Position numbers and translations under genes: made by a program. From contig CAXKVF010000073.1 in the NCBI GenBank assembly GCA_964057225.1, forward strand, positions 186,001-250,000: a DNA stretch of 64,000 nt, in the 5' to 3' direction. Below are positions 25,301 through 39,450 of the stretch, in pieces. The notes beneath the pieces were generated by a model, which saw only the letters and a list, made by a program, of their open reading frames with translations, was not told the origin of the DNA and did no database searches. The stretch comes from Auanema rhodensis (Eukaryota; Animalia; Nematoda). Within the stretch, counting starts at the first letter, position 1, and every line of letters starts with the position of its first letter.

Positions 25301-28300
25301 ATTAGCATAAATTAAAGTTCACGTAAATTTCAAAGTCATGGTTACCATGAACCAATATCAATAAAAGTTTGTTTTTAGACTAATATGGACATGGGGAATC
25401 AAATTTTGAAAACCGCATCTCTTTATCTTTCACGTGAAGCGAGTTACATACCAAGTGCTCATCACGTGTACATTTAATTAGCATAAATTAAAGTTCACGT
25501 AAATTTCAAAGTCATGGTTACCATGCACCAATATCAATAAAAATTTGTTTTTAGACTAATATGGACATGGGGAATCTAATTTTGAAAACCGCATCTCTTT
25601 ATCTTTCACGTGAAGCGAGTTACATACCAAGTGCACATCACCTGTACATTTAATTAGCATAAATTAAAGTTCACGTAAATTTCAAAGTCATGGTTACCAT
25701 GAACCAATATCAATAAAAATTTGTTTTTAGACTAATATGGACATGGGGAATCTAATTTTGAAAACCGCATCTCTTTATCTTTCACGTGAAGCGAGTTACA
25801 TACCAAGTGCACATCACGTGTACATTTAATTAGCAAAAATTAAAGTTCACGTAAATTTCAAAGTCATGGTTACCATGCACCAATATCAATAAAAATTTGT
25901 TTTTAGACTAATATGGACATGGGGAATCTAATTTTGAAAACCGCATCTCTTTATCTTTCACGTGAAGCGAGTTACATACCAAGTGCACATCACGTGTACA
26001 TTTAATTAGCATAAATTAAAGTTCACGTAAATTTCAAAGTCATGGTTACCATGAACCAATATCAATGAAAATTTGTTTTTAGACTAATATGGACATGGGG
26101 AATCTGATTTTGGAAACCGCATCTCTTTATCTTTCACGTGAAGCGAGTTACATACCAAGTGCACATCACGTGTACATTTAATTAGCATAAATTAAAGTTC
26201 ACGTAAATTTCAAAGTCATGGTTACCATGCACCAATATCAATAAAAATTTGTTTTTAGACTAATATGGACATGGGGAATCTAATTTTGAAAACCGCATCT
26301 CTTTATCTTTCACGTGAAGCGAGTTACATACCAAGTGCACATCACGTGTACATTTAATTAGCATAAATTAAAGTTCACGTAAATTTCAAAGTCATGGTTA
26401 CCATGAACCAATATCAATGAAAATTTGTTTTTAGACTAATATGGACATGGGGAATCTGATTTTGAAAACCGCATCTCTTTATCTTTCACGTGAAGCGAGT
26501 TACATACCAAGTGCACATCACGTGTACATTTAATTAGCATAAATTAAAGTTCACGTAAATTTCAAAGTCATGGTTACCATGCACCAATATCAATAAAAAT
26601 TTGTTTTTAGACTAATATGGACATGGGGAATCTAATTTTGAAAACCGCATCTTTTTATCTTTCACGTGAAGCGAGTTACATACCAAGTGCACATCACGTG
26701 TACATTTAATTAGCACAAATTAAAGTTCACGTAAATTTCAAAGTCATGGTTACCATGAACCAATATCAATGAAAATTTGTTTTTAGACTAATATGGACAT
26801 GGGGAATCTAATTTTGAAAACCGCATCTCTTTATCTTTCACGTGAAGCGAGTTACATACCAAGTGCACATCACGTGTACATTTAATTAGCATAAATTAAA
26901 GTTCACGTAAATTTCAAAGTCATGGTTACCATGAACCAATATCAATGAAAATTTGTTTTTAGACTAATATGGACATGGGGAATCTGATTTTGAAAACCGC
27001 ATCTCTTTATCTTTCACGTGAAGCGAGTTACATACCAAGTGCACATCACGTGTACATTTAATTAGCATAAATTAAAGTTCACGTAAATTTCAAAGTCATG
27101 GTTACCATGCACCAATATCAATAAAAATTTGTTTTTAGACTAATATGGACATGGGGAATCTAATTTCGAAAACCGCATCTCTTTATCTTTCACGTGAAGC
27201 GAGTTACATACCAAGTGCACATCACGTGTACATTTAATTAGCATAAATTAAAGTTCACGTAAATTTCAAAGTCATGGTTACCATGCACCAATATCAATAA
27301 AAATTTGTTTTTAGACTAATATGGACATGGGGAATCTAATTTTGAAAACCGCATCTCTTTATCTTTCACGTGAAGCGAGTTACATACCAAGTGCACATCA
27401 CGTGTACATTTAATTAGCATAAATTAAAGTTCACGTAAATTTCAAAGTCATGGTTACCATGAACCAATATCAATGAAAATTTGTTTTTAGACTAATATGG
27501 ACATGGGGAATCTGATTTTGAAAACCGCATCTCTTTATCTTTCACGTGAAGCGAGTTACATACCAAGTGCACATCACGTGTACATTTAATTAGCATAAAT
27601 TAAAGTTCACGTAAATTTCAAAGTCATGGTTACCATGCACCAATATCAATAAAAATTTGTTTTTAGACTAATATGGACATGGGGAATCTAATTTTGAAAA
27701 CCGCATCTTTTTATCTTTCACGTGAAGCGAGTTACATACCAAGTGCACATCACGTGTACATTTAATTAGCATAAATTAAAGTTCACGTAAATTTCAAAGT
27801 CATGGTTACCATGAACCAATATCAATAAAAATTTGTTTTTAGACTAATATGGACATGGGGAATCTAATTTTGAAAACCGCATCTCTTTATCTTTCACGTG
27901 AAGCGAGTTACATACCAAGTGCACATCACGTGTACATTTAATTAGCATAAATTAAAGTTCACGTAAATTTCAAAGTCATGGTTACCATGCACCAATATCA
28001 ATAAAAATTTGTTTTTAGACTAATATGGACATGGGGAATCTAATTTTGAAAACCGCATCTCTATATCTTTCACGTGAAGCGAGTTACATACCAAGTGCAC
28101 ATCACGTGTAAATTTAATTAGCATAAATTAAAGTTCACGTAAATTTCAAAGTCATGGTTATCATGAACCAATATCAATAAAAATTTGTTTTTAGACTAAT
28201 ATGGACATGGGGAATCTAATTTTGAAAACCGCATCTCTTTATCTTTCACGTGAAGCGAGTTACATACCAAGTGCACATCACGTGTACATTTAATTAGCAT

Positions 28301-30150
28301 AAATTAAAGTTCACGTAAATTTCAAAGTCATGGTTACCATGCACCAATATCAATAAAAATTTGTTTTTAGACTAATATGGACATGGGGAATCAAATTTTG
28401 AAAACCGCATCTCTTTATCTTTCACGTGAAGCGAGTTACATACCAAGTGCACATCACGTGTACATTTAATTAGCATAAATTAAAGTTCACGTAAATTTCA
28501 AAGTCATGGTTACCATGCACCAATATCAATAAAAATTTGTTTTTAGACTAATATGGACATGGGGAATCTAATTTTGAAAACCGCATCTCTTTATCTTTCA
28601 CGTGAAGCGAGTTACATACCAAGTGCACATCACGTGTAAATTTAATTAGCATAAATTAAAGTTCACGTAAATTTCAAAGTCATGGTTATCATTAACCAAT
28701 ATCAATAAAAATTTGTTTTTAGACTAATATGGACATGGGGAATCTAATTTTGAAAACCGCATCTCTTTATCTTTCACGTGAAGCGAGTTACATACCAAGT
28801 GCACATCACGTGTACATTTAATTAGCATAAATTAAAGTTCACGTAAATTTCAAAGTCATGGTTACCATGCACCAATATCAATAAAAATTTGTTTTTAGAC
28901 TAATATGGACATGGGGAATCTAATTTTGAAAACCGCATCTCTTTATCTTTCACGTGAAGCGAGTTACATACCAAGTGCACATAACGTGTAAATTTAATTA
29001 GCATAAATTAAAGTTCACGTAAATTTCAAAGTCATGGTTATCATGAACCAATATCAATAAAAATTTGTTTTTAGACTAATATGGACATGGGGAATCTAAT
29101 TTTGAAAACCGCATCTCTTTATCTTTCACGTGAAGCGAGTTACATACCAAGTGCACATCACGTGTACATTTAATTAGCATAAATTAAAGTTCACGTAAAT
29201 TTCAAAGTCATGGTTACCATGCACCAATATCAATAAAAATTTGTTTTTAGACTAATATGGACATGGGGAATCTAATTTCGAAAACCGCATCTCTTTATCT
29301 TTCACTTGAAGCGAGTTACATACCAAGTGCACATCACGTGTACATTTAATTAGCATAAATTAAAGTTCACGTAAATTTCAAAGTCATGGTTACCATGCAC
29401 CAATATCAATAAAAATTTGTTTTTAGACTAATATGGACATGGGGAATCAAATTTTGAGAACCGCATCTCTTTATCTTTCACGTGAAGCGAGTTACATACC
29501 AGGTGCACATCAAGTGTACATTTAATTAGCATAAATTAAAGTTCACGTAAATTTCAAAGTCATGGTTACCATGAACCAATATCAATAAAAGTTTGTTTTT
29601 AGACTAATATGGACATGGGGAATCAAATTTTGAAAACCGCATCTCTTTATCTTTCACGTGAAGCGAGTTACATACCAAGTGCTCATCACGTGTACATTTA
29701 ATTAGCATAAATTAAAGTTCACGTAAATTTCAAAGTCATGGTTACCATGCACCAATATCAATAAAAATTTGTTTTTAGACTAATATGGACATGGGGAATC
29801 TAATTTTGAAAACCGCATCTCTTTATCTTTCACGTGAAGCGAGTTACATACCAAGTGCACATCACCTGTACATTTAATTAGCATAAATTAAAGTTCACGT
29901 AAATTTCAAAGTCATGGTTACCATGAACCAATATCAATAAAAATTTGTTTTTAGACTAATATGGACATGGGGAATCTAATTTTGAAAACCGCATCTCTTT
30001 ATCTTTCACGTGAAGCGAGTTACATACCAAGTGCACATCACGTGTACATTTAATTAGCAAAAATTAAAGTTCACGTAAATTTCAAAGTCATGGTTACCAT
30101 GCACCAATATCAATAAAAATTTGTTTTTAGACTAATATGGACATGGGGAA
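16330..30150 (+). repeat. 26-mer then 24-mer tandem duplications, giving a triplicated ~20-monomer core (boundaries approximate)
   Basis: TGGAAACC at 17311/21887/26111, CTATATC at 19261/23837/28061, ATAACGTG at 20181/24757/28981. Spacings are 4576 (26x176) and 4224 (24x176). Confidence 0.9.
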
Positions 30151-31259
30151 TCTAATTTTGAAAACCGCATCTCTTTATCTTTCACGTGAAGCGAGTTACA
30201 TACCAAGTGCACATCACGTGTAAATTTAATTAGCATAAATTAAAGTTCACGTAAATTTCAAAGTCATGGTTATCATTAACCAATATCAATAAAAATTTGT
30301 TTTTAGACTAATATGGACATGGGGAATCTAATTTTGAAAACCGCATCTCTTTATCTTTCACGTGAAGCGAGTTACATACCAAGTGCACATCACGTGTACA
30401 TTTAATTAGCATAAATTAAAGTTCACGTAAATTTCAAAGTCATGGTTACCATGCACCAATATCAATAAAAATTTGTTTTTAGACTAATATGGACATGGGG
30501 AATCTAATTTTGAAAACCGCATCTCTTTATCTTTCACGTGAAGCGAGTTACATACCAAGTGCACATCACGTGTACATTTAATTAGCATAAATTAAAGTTC
30601 ACGTAAATTTCAAAGTCATGGTTACCATGAACCAATATCAATGAAAATTTGTTTTTAGACTAATATGGACATGGGGAATCTGATTTTGAAAACCGCATCT
30701 CTTTATCTTTCACGTGAAGCGAGTTACATACCAAGTGCACATCACGTGTACATTTAATTAGCATAAATTAAAGTTCACGTAAATTTCAAAGTCATGGTTA
30801 CCATGCACCAATATCAATAAAAATTTGTTTTTAGACTAATATGGACATGGGGAATCTAATTTTGAAAACCGCATCTTTTTATCTTTCACGTGAAGCGAGT
30901 TACGTACCAAGTGCACAACACGTGTACATTTAATTAGCATAAATTAAAGTTCACGTAAATTTCAAAGTCATGGTTACCATGCACCAATATCAATAAAAAT
31001 TTGTTTTTAGACTAATATGGACATGGGGAATCTAATTTTGAAAACCGCATCTCTTTATCTTTCACGTGAAGCGAGTTACATACCAAGTGCACATCACGTG
31101 AACATTTAATTAGCATAAATTAAAGTTCACGTAAGTTTCAAAGTCATGGTTACCATGAAGCAATATCAATAAAAATTTGTTTTTAGACTAATATGGACAT
31201 GGGGAATCTAATTTTGAAAACCGCATCTTTTTATCTTTCACGTGAAGCGAGTTACATAC

Positions 31260-34200
31260 CAAGTGCACATCACGTGTACATTTAATTAGCATAAATTAAA
31301 GTTCACGTAAATTTCAAAGTCATGGTTACCATGCACCAATATCAATAAAAATTTGTTTTTAGACTAATATGGACATGGGGAATCTAATTTTGAAAACCGC
31401 ATCTCTTTATCTTTCACGTGAAGCGAGTTACATACCAAGTGCACATCACGTGTACATTTAATTAGCATAAATTAAAGTTCACGTAAATTTCAAAGACCAA
31501 TATCAATAAAAATTTGTTTTTAGACTAATATGGACATGGGGAATCTAATTTTGAAAACCGCATCTCTTTATCTTTCACGTGAAGCGAGTTACATACCAAG
31601 TGCACATCACGTGTAAATTTAATTAGCATAAATTAAAGTTCACGTAAATTTCAAAGTCATGGTTATCATGAACCAATATCAATAAAAATTTGTTTTTAGA
31701 CTAATATGGACATGGGGAATCTAATTTTGAAAACCGCATCTCTTTATCTTTCACGTGAAGCGAGTTACATACCAAGTGCACATCACGTGTACATTTAATT
31801 AGCATAAATTAAAGTTCACGTAAATTTCAAAGTCATGGTTACCATGCACCAATATCAATAAAAATTTGTTTTTAGACTAATATGGACATGGGGAATCTAA
31901 TTTCGAAAACCGCATCTCTTTATCTTTCACGTGAAGCGAGTTACATACCAAGTGCACATCACGTGTACATTTAATTAGCATAAATTAAAGTTCACGTAAA
32001 TTTCAAAGTCATGGTTACCATGCACCAATATCAATAAAAATTTGTTTTTAGACTAATATGGACATGGGGAATCAAATTTTGAGAACCGCATCTCTTTATC
32101 TTTCACGTGAAGCGAGTTACATACCAGGTGCACATCAAGTGTACATTTAATTAGCATAAATTAAAGTTCACGTAAATTTCAAAGTCATGGTTACCATGAA
32201 CCAATATCAATAAAAGTTTGTTTTTAGACTAATATGGACATGGGGAATCAAATTTTGAAAACCGCATCTCTTTATCTTTCACGTGAAGCGAGTTACATAC
32301 CAAGTGCTCATCACGTGTACATTTAATTAGCATAAATTAAAGTTCACGTAAATTTCAAAGTCATGGTTACCATGCACCAATATCAATAAAAATTTGTTTT
32401 TAGACTAATATGGACATGGGGAATCTAATTTTGAAAACCGCATCTCTTTATCTTTCACGTGAAGCGAGTTACATACCAAGTGCACATCACCTGTACATTT
32501 AATTAGCATAAATTAAAGTTCACGTAAATTTCAAAGTCATGGTTACCATGAACCAATATCAATAAAAATTTGTTTTTAGACTAATATGGACATGGGGAAT
32601 CTAATTTTGAAAACCGCATCTCTTTATCTTTCACGTGAAGCGAGTTACATACCAAGTGCACATCACGTGTACATTTAATTAGCATAAATTAAAGTTCACG
32701 TAAATTTCAAAGTCATGGTTACCATGCACCAATATCAATAAAAATTTGTTTTTAGACTAATATGGACATGGGGAATCTAATTTTGAAAACCGCATCTCTT
32801 TATCTTTCACGTGAAGCGAGTTACATACCAAGTGCACATCACGTGTAAATTTAATTAGCATAAATTAAAGTTCACGTAAATTTCAAAGTCATGGTTATCA
32901 TTAACCAATATCAATAAAAATTTGTTTTTAGACTAATATGGACATGGGGAATCTAATTTTGAAAACCGCATCTCTTTATCTTTCACGTGAAGCGAGTTAC
33001 ATACCAAGTGCACATCACGTGTACATTTAATTAGCATAAATTAAAGTTCACGTAAATTTCAAAGTCATGGTTACCATGAACCAATATCAATGAAAATTTG
33101 TTTTTAGACTAATATGGACATGGGGAATCTGATTTTGAAAACCGCATCTCTTTATCTTTCACGTGAAGCGAGTTACATACTAAGTGCACATCACGTGTAC
33201 ATTTAATTAGCATAAATTAAAGTTCACGTAAATTTCAAAGTCATGGTTACCATGCACCAATATCAATAAAAATTTGTTTTTAGACTAATATGGACATGGG
33301 GAATCTAATTTTGAAAACCGCATCTCTTTATCTTTCACGTGAAGCGAGTTACATACCAAGTGCACATCACGTGTACATTTAATTAGCATAAATTAAAGTT
33401 CACGTAAATTTCAAAGACCAATATCAATAAAAATTTGTTTTTAGACTAATATGGACATGGGGAATCTAATTTTGAAAACCGCATCTCTTTATCTTTCACG
33501 TGAAGCGAGTTACATACCAAGTGCACATCACGTGTAAATTTAATTAGCATAAATTAAAGTTCACGTAAATTTCAAAGTCATGGTTATCATGAACCAATAT
33601 CAATAAAAATTTGTTTTTAGACTAATATGGACATGGGGAATCTAATTTTGAAAACCGCATCTCTTTATCTTTCACGTGAAGCGAGTTACATACCAAGTGC
33701 ACATCACGTGTACATTTAATTAGCATAAATTAAAGTTCACGTAAATTTCAAAGTCATGGTTACCATGCACCAATATCAATAAAAATTTGTTTTTAGACTA
33801 ATATGGACATGGGGAATCTAATTTCGAAAACCGCATCTCTTTATCTTTCACGTGAAGCGAGTTACATACCAAGTGCACATCACGTGTACATTTAATTAGC
33901 ATAAATTAAAGTTCACGTAAATTTCAAAGTCATGGTTACCATGCACCAATATCAATAAAAATTTGTTTTTAGACTAATATGGACATGGGGAATCAAATTT
34001 TGAGAACCGCATCTCTTTATCTTTCACGTGAAGCGAGTTACATACCAGGTGCACATCAAGTGTACATTTAATTAGCATAAATTAAAGTTCACGTAAATTT
34101 CAAAGTCATGGTTACCATGAACCAATATCAATAAAAGTTTGTTTTTAGACTAATATGGACATGGGGAATCAAATTTTGAAAACCGCATCTCTTTATCTTT

Positions 34201-35200
34201 CACGTGAAGCGAGTTACATACCAAGTGCTCATCACGTGTACATTTAATTAGCATAAATTAAAGTTCACGTAAATTTCAAAGTCATGGTTACCATGCACCA
34301 ATATCAATAAAAATTTGTTTTTAGACTAATATGGACATGGGGAATCTAATTTTGAAAACCGCATCTCTTTATCTTTCACGTGAAGCGAGTTACATACCAA
34401 GTGCACATCACCTGTACATTTAATTAGCATAAATTAAAGTTCACGTAAATTTCAAAGTCATGGTTACCATGAACCAATATCAATAAAAATTTGTTTTTAG
34501 ACTAATATGGACATGGGGAATCTAATTTTGAAAACCGCATCTCTTTATCTTTCACGTGAAGCGAGTTACATACCAAGTGCACATCACGTGTACATTTAAT
34601 TAGCATAAATTAAAGTTCACGTAAATTTCAAAGTCATGGTTACCATGCACCAATATCAATAAAAATTTGTTTTTAGACTAATATGGACATGGGGAATCTA
34701 ATTTTGAAAACCGCATCTCTTTATCTTTCACGTGAAGCGAGTTACATACCAAGTGCACATCACGTGTAAATTTAATTAGCATAAATTAAAGTTCACGTAA
34801 ATTTCAAAGTCATGGTTATCATTAACCAATATCAATAAAAATTTGTTTTTAGACTAATATGGACATGGGGAATCTAATTTTGAAAACCGCATCTCTTTAT
34901 CTTTCACGTGAAGCGAGTTACATACCAAGTGCACATCACGTGTACATTTAATTAGCATAAATTAAAGTTCACGTAAATTTCAAAGTCATGGTTACCATGA
35001 ACCAATATCAATGAAAATTTGTTTTTAGACTAATATGGACATGGGGAATCTGATTTTGAAAACCGCATCTCTTTATCTTTCACGTGAAGCGAGTTACATA
35101 CTAAGTGCACATCACGTGTACATTTAATTAGCATAAATTAAAGTTCACGTAAATTTCAAAGTCATGGTTACCATGCACCAATATCAATAAAAATTTGTTT
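31260..35200 (+). repeat. 11-monomer duplication (1921 bp) marked by a 161-bp deleted monomer
   Basis: CAAAG|ACCAAT deletion junctions at 31495/6 and 33416/7. ATACTAAG, GTGCTCATC and CACCTGT variants repeat at 1921 bp. Confidence 0.9.
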
Positions 35201-38200
35201 TTAGACTAATATGGACATGGGGAATCTAATTTTGAAAACCGCATCTTTTTATCTTTCACGTGAAGCGAGTTACATACCAAGTGCACATCACGTGTACATT
35301 TAATTAGCATAAATTAAAGTTCACGTAAATTTCAAAGTCATGGTTACCATGCACCAATATCAATAAAAATTTGTTTTTAGACTAATATGGACATGGGGAA
35401 TCTAATTTTGAAAACCGCATCTCTTTATCTTTCACGTGAAGCGAGTTACATACCAAGTGCACATCACGTGTACATTTAATTAGCATAAATTAAAGTTCAC
35501 GTAAGTTTCAAAGTCATGGTTACCATGAAGCAATATCAATAAAAATTTGTTTTTAGACTAATATGGACATGGGGAATCTAATTTTGAAAACCACATCTCT
35601 TTATCTTTCACGTGAAGCGAGTTACATACCAAGTGCACATCACGTGTACATTTAATTAGCATAAATTAAAGTTCACGTAAATTTCAAAGTCATGGTTACC
35701 ATGAACCAATATCAATAAAAGTTTGTTTTTAGACTAATATGGACATGGGGAATCTAATTTTGAAAACCGCATCTCTTTATCTTTCACGTGAAGCGAGTTA
35801 CATACCAAGTGCACATCACGTGTAAATTTAATTAGCATAAATTAAAGTTCACGTAAATTTCAAAGTCATGGTTACCATGAACCAATATCAATAAAAGTTT
35901 GTTTTTAGACTAATATGGACATGGGGAATCTAATTTTGAAAACCGCATCTCTTTATCTTTCACGTGAAGCGAGTTACATACCAAGTGCACATCACGTGTA
36001 CATTTAATTAGCATAAATTAAAGTTCACGTAAATGTCAAAGTCATGGTTACCATGAACCAATATCAATAAAAATTTGTTTTTAGACTAATATGGACATGG
36101 GGAATCTAATTTTGAAAACCGCATCTCTTTATCTTTCACGTGAAGCGAGTTACATACCAAGTGCACATCACGTGTACATTTAATTAGCATAAATTAAAGT
36201 TCACGTAAATTTCAAAGTCATGGTTACCATGAACCAATAACAATAAAAAAATGTTTTTAGACTAATATGGACATGGGGAATCTAATTTTGAAAACCGCAT
36301 CTCTTTATCTTTCACGTGAAGCGAGTTACATACCAAGTGCACATCACGTGTACATTTAATTAGCATAAATTAAAGTTCACGTAAATTTCAAAGTCATGGT
36401 TACCATGAACCAATATCAATAAAAGTTTGTTTTTAGACTAATATGGACATGGGGAATCTAATTTTGAAAACCGCATCTCTTTATCTTTCACGTGAAGCGA
36501 GTTACATACCAAGTGCACATCACGTGTAAATTTAATTAGCATAAATTAAAGTTCACGTAAATTTCAAAGTCATGGTTACCATGAACCAATATCATTAAAA
36601 GTTTGTTTTTAGACTAATATGGACATGGGGAATCAAATTTTGAGAACCGCATCTCTTTATCTTTCACGTGAAGCGAGTTACATACCAAGTGCACATCACG
36701 TGTACATTTAATTAGCATAAATTAAAGTTCACGTAAATTTCAAAGTCATGGTTATCATGAAACAATATCAATAAAAATTTGTTTTTAGACTAATATGGAC
36801 ATGGGGAATCTAATTTTGAAAACCGCATCTCTTTATCTTTCACGTGAAGCGAGTTACATACCAAGTGCACATCACGTGTACATTTAATTAGCATAAATTA
36901 AAGTTCACGTAAATTTCAAAGTCATGGTTACCATGCACCAATATCAATAAAAATTTGTTTTTAGACTAATATGGACATGGGGAATCTAATTTTGAAAACC
37001 GCATCTCTTTATCTTTCACGTGAAGCGAGTTACATACCAAGTGCACATCACGTGTAAATTTAATTAGCATAAATTAAAGTTCACGTAAATTTCAAAGTCA
37101 TGGTTATCATTAACCAATATCAATAAAAATTTGTTTTTAGACTAATATGGACATGGGGAATCTAATTTTGAAAACCGCATCTCTTTATCTTTCACGTGAA
37201 GCGAGTTACATACCAAGTGCACATCACGTGTACATTTAATTAGCATAAATTAAAGTTCACGTAAATTTCAAAGTCATGGTTACCATGCACCAATATCAAT
37301 AAAAATTTGTTTTTAGACTAATATGGACATGGGGAATCTAATTTTGAAAACCGCATCTCTTTATCTTTCACGTGAAGCGAGTTACATACCAAGTGCACAT
37401 CACGTGTACATTTAATTAGCATAAATTAAAGTTCACGTAAATTTCAAAGTCATGGTTACCATGAACCAATATCAATGAAAATTTGTTTTTAGACTAATAT
37501 GGACATGGGGAATCTGATTTTGAAAACCGCATCTCTTTATCTTTCACGTGAAGCGAGTTACATACTAAGTGCACATCACGTGTACATTTAATTAGCATAA
37601 ATTAAAGTTCACGTAAATTTCAAAGTCATGGTTACCATGCACCAATATCAATAAAAATTTGTTTTTAGACTAATATGGACATGCAGAATCTAATTTTGAA
37701 AACCGCATCTTTTTATCTTTCACGTGAAGCGAGTTACATACCAAGTGCACATCACGTGTACATTTAATTAGCATAAATTAAAGTTCACGTAAATTTCAAA
37801 GTCATGGTTACCATGCACCAATATCAATAAAAATTTGTTTTTAGACTAATATGGACATGGGGAATCTAATTTTGAAAACCGCATCTCTTTATCTTTCACG
37901 TGAAGCGAGTTACATACCAAGTGCACATCACGTGTACATTTAATTAGCATAAATTAAAGTTCACGTAAGTTTCAAAGTCATGGTTACCATGAAGCAATAT
38001 CAATAAAAATTTGTTTTTAGACTAATATGGACATGGGGAATCTAATTTTGAAAACCACATCTCTTTATCTTTCACGTGAAGCGAGTTACATACCAAGTGC
38101 ACATCACGTGTACATTTAATTAGCATAAATTAAAGTTCACGTAAATTTCAAAGTCATGGTTACCATGAACCAATATCAATAAAAGTTTGTTTTTAGACTA

Positions 38201-39450
38201 ATATGGACATGGGGAATCTAATTTTGAAAACCGCATCTCTTTATCTTTCACGTGAAGCGAGTTACATACCAAGTGCACATCACGTGTAAATTTAATTAGC
38301 ATAAATTAAAGTTCACGTAAATTTCAAAGTCATGGTTACCATGAACCAATATCAATAAAAGTTTGTTTCTAGACTAATATGGACATGGGGAATCTAATTT
38401 TGAAAACCGCATCTCTTTATCTTTCACGTGAAGCGAGTTACATACCAAGTGCACATCACGTGTACATTTAATTAGCATAAATTAAAGTTCACGTAAATGT
38501 CAAAGTCATGGTTACCATGAACCAATATCAATAAAAATTTGTTTTTAGACTAATATGGACATGGGGAATCTAATTTTGAAAACCGCATCTCTTTATCTTT
38601 CACGTGAAGCGAGTTACATACCAAGTGCACATCACGTGTACATTTAATTAGCATAAATTAAAGTTCACGTAAATTTCAAAGTCATGGTTACCATGAACCA
38701 ATAACAATAAAAAATTGTTTTTAGACTAATATGGACATGGGGAATCTAATTTTGAAAACCGCATCTCTTTATCTTTCACGTGAAGCGAGTTACATACCAA
38801 GTGCACATCACGTGTACATTTAATTAGCATAAATTAAAGTTCACGTAAATTTCAAAGTCATGGTTACCATGAACCAATATCAATAAAAGTTTGTTTTTAG
38901 ACTAATATGGACATGGGGAATCTAATTTTGAAAACCGCATCTCTTTATCTTTCACGTGAAGCGAGTTACATACCAAGTGCACATCACGTGTAAATTTAAT
39001 TAGCATAAATTAAAGTTCACGTAAATTTCAAAGTCATGGTTACCATGAACCAATATCATTAAAAGTTTGTTTTTAGACTAATATGGACATGGGGAATCAA
39101 ATTTTGAGAACCGCATCTCTTTATCTTTCACGTGAAGCGAGTTACATACCAAGTGCACATCACGTGTACATTTAATTAGCATAAATTAAAGTTCACGTAA
39201 ATTTCAAAGTCATGGTTATCATGAAACAATATCAATAAAAATTTGTTTTTAGACTAATATGGACATGGGGAATCTAATTTTGAAAACCGCATCTCTTTAT
39301 CTTTCACGTGAAGCGAGTTACATACCAAGTGCACATCACGTGTACATTTAATTAGCATAAATTAAAGTTCACGTAAATTTCAAAGTCATGGTTACCATGC
39401 ACCAATATCAATAAAAATTTGTTTTTAGACTAATATGGACATGGGGAATC
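34950..39450 (+). repeat. Second 14-monomer (2464 bp) duplication (boundaries approximate)
   Basis: CCACATC at 35591/38055 and ATCATTAAAA at 36591/39055; AAATGTCAAA and GAAGCAAT variants at the same spacing. Confidence 0.88.

Noticed and set aside
17000-30000. Strict A/B dimer (352-bp) structure from ATGCACC/ATGAACC alternation
   Set aside because: Alternation is frequent but often broken by runs of the same allele, so it is not a fixed dimer.
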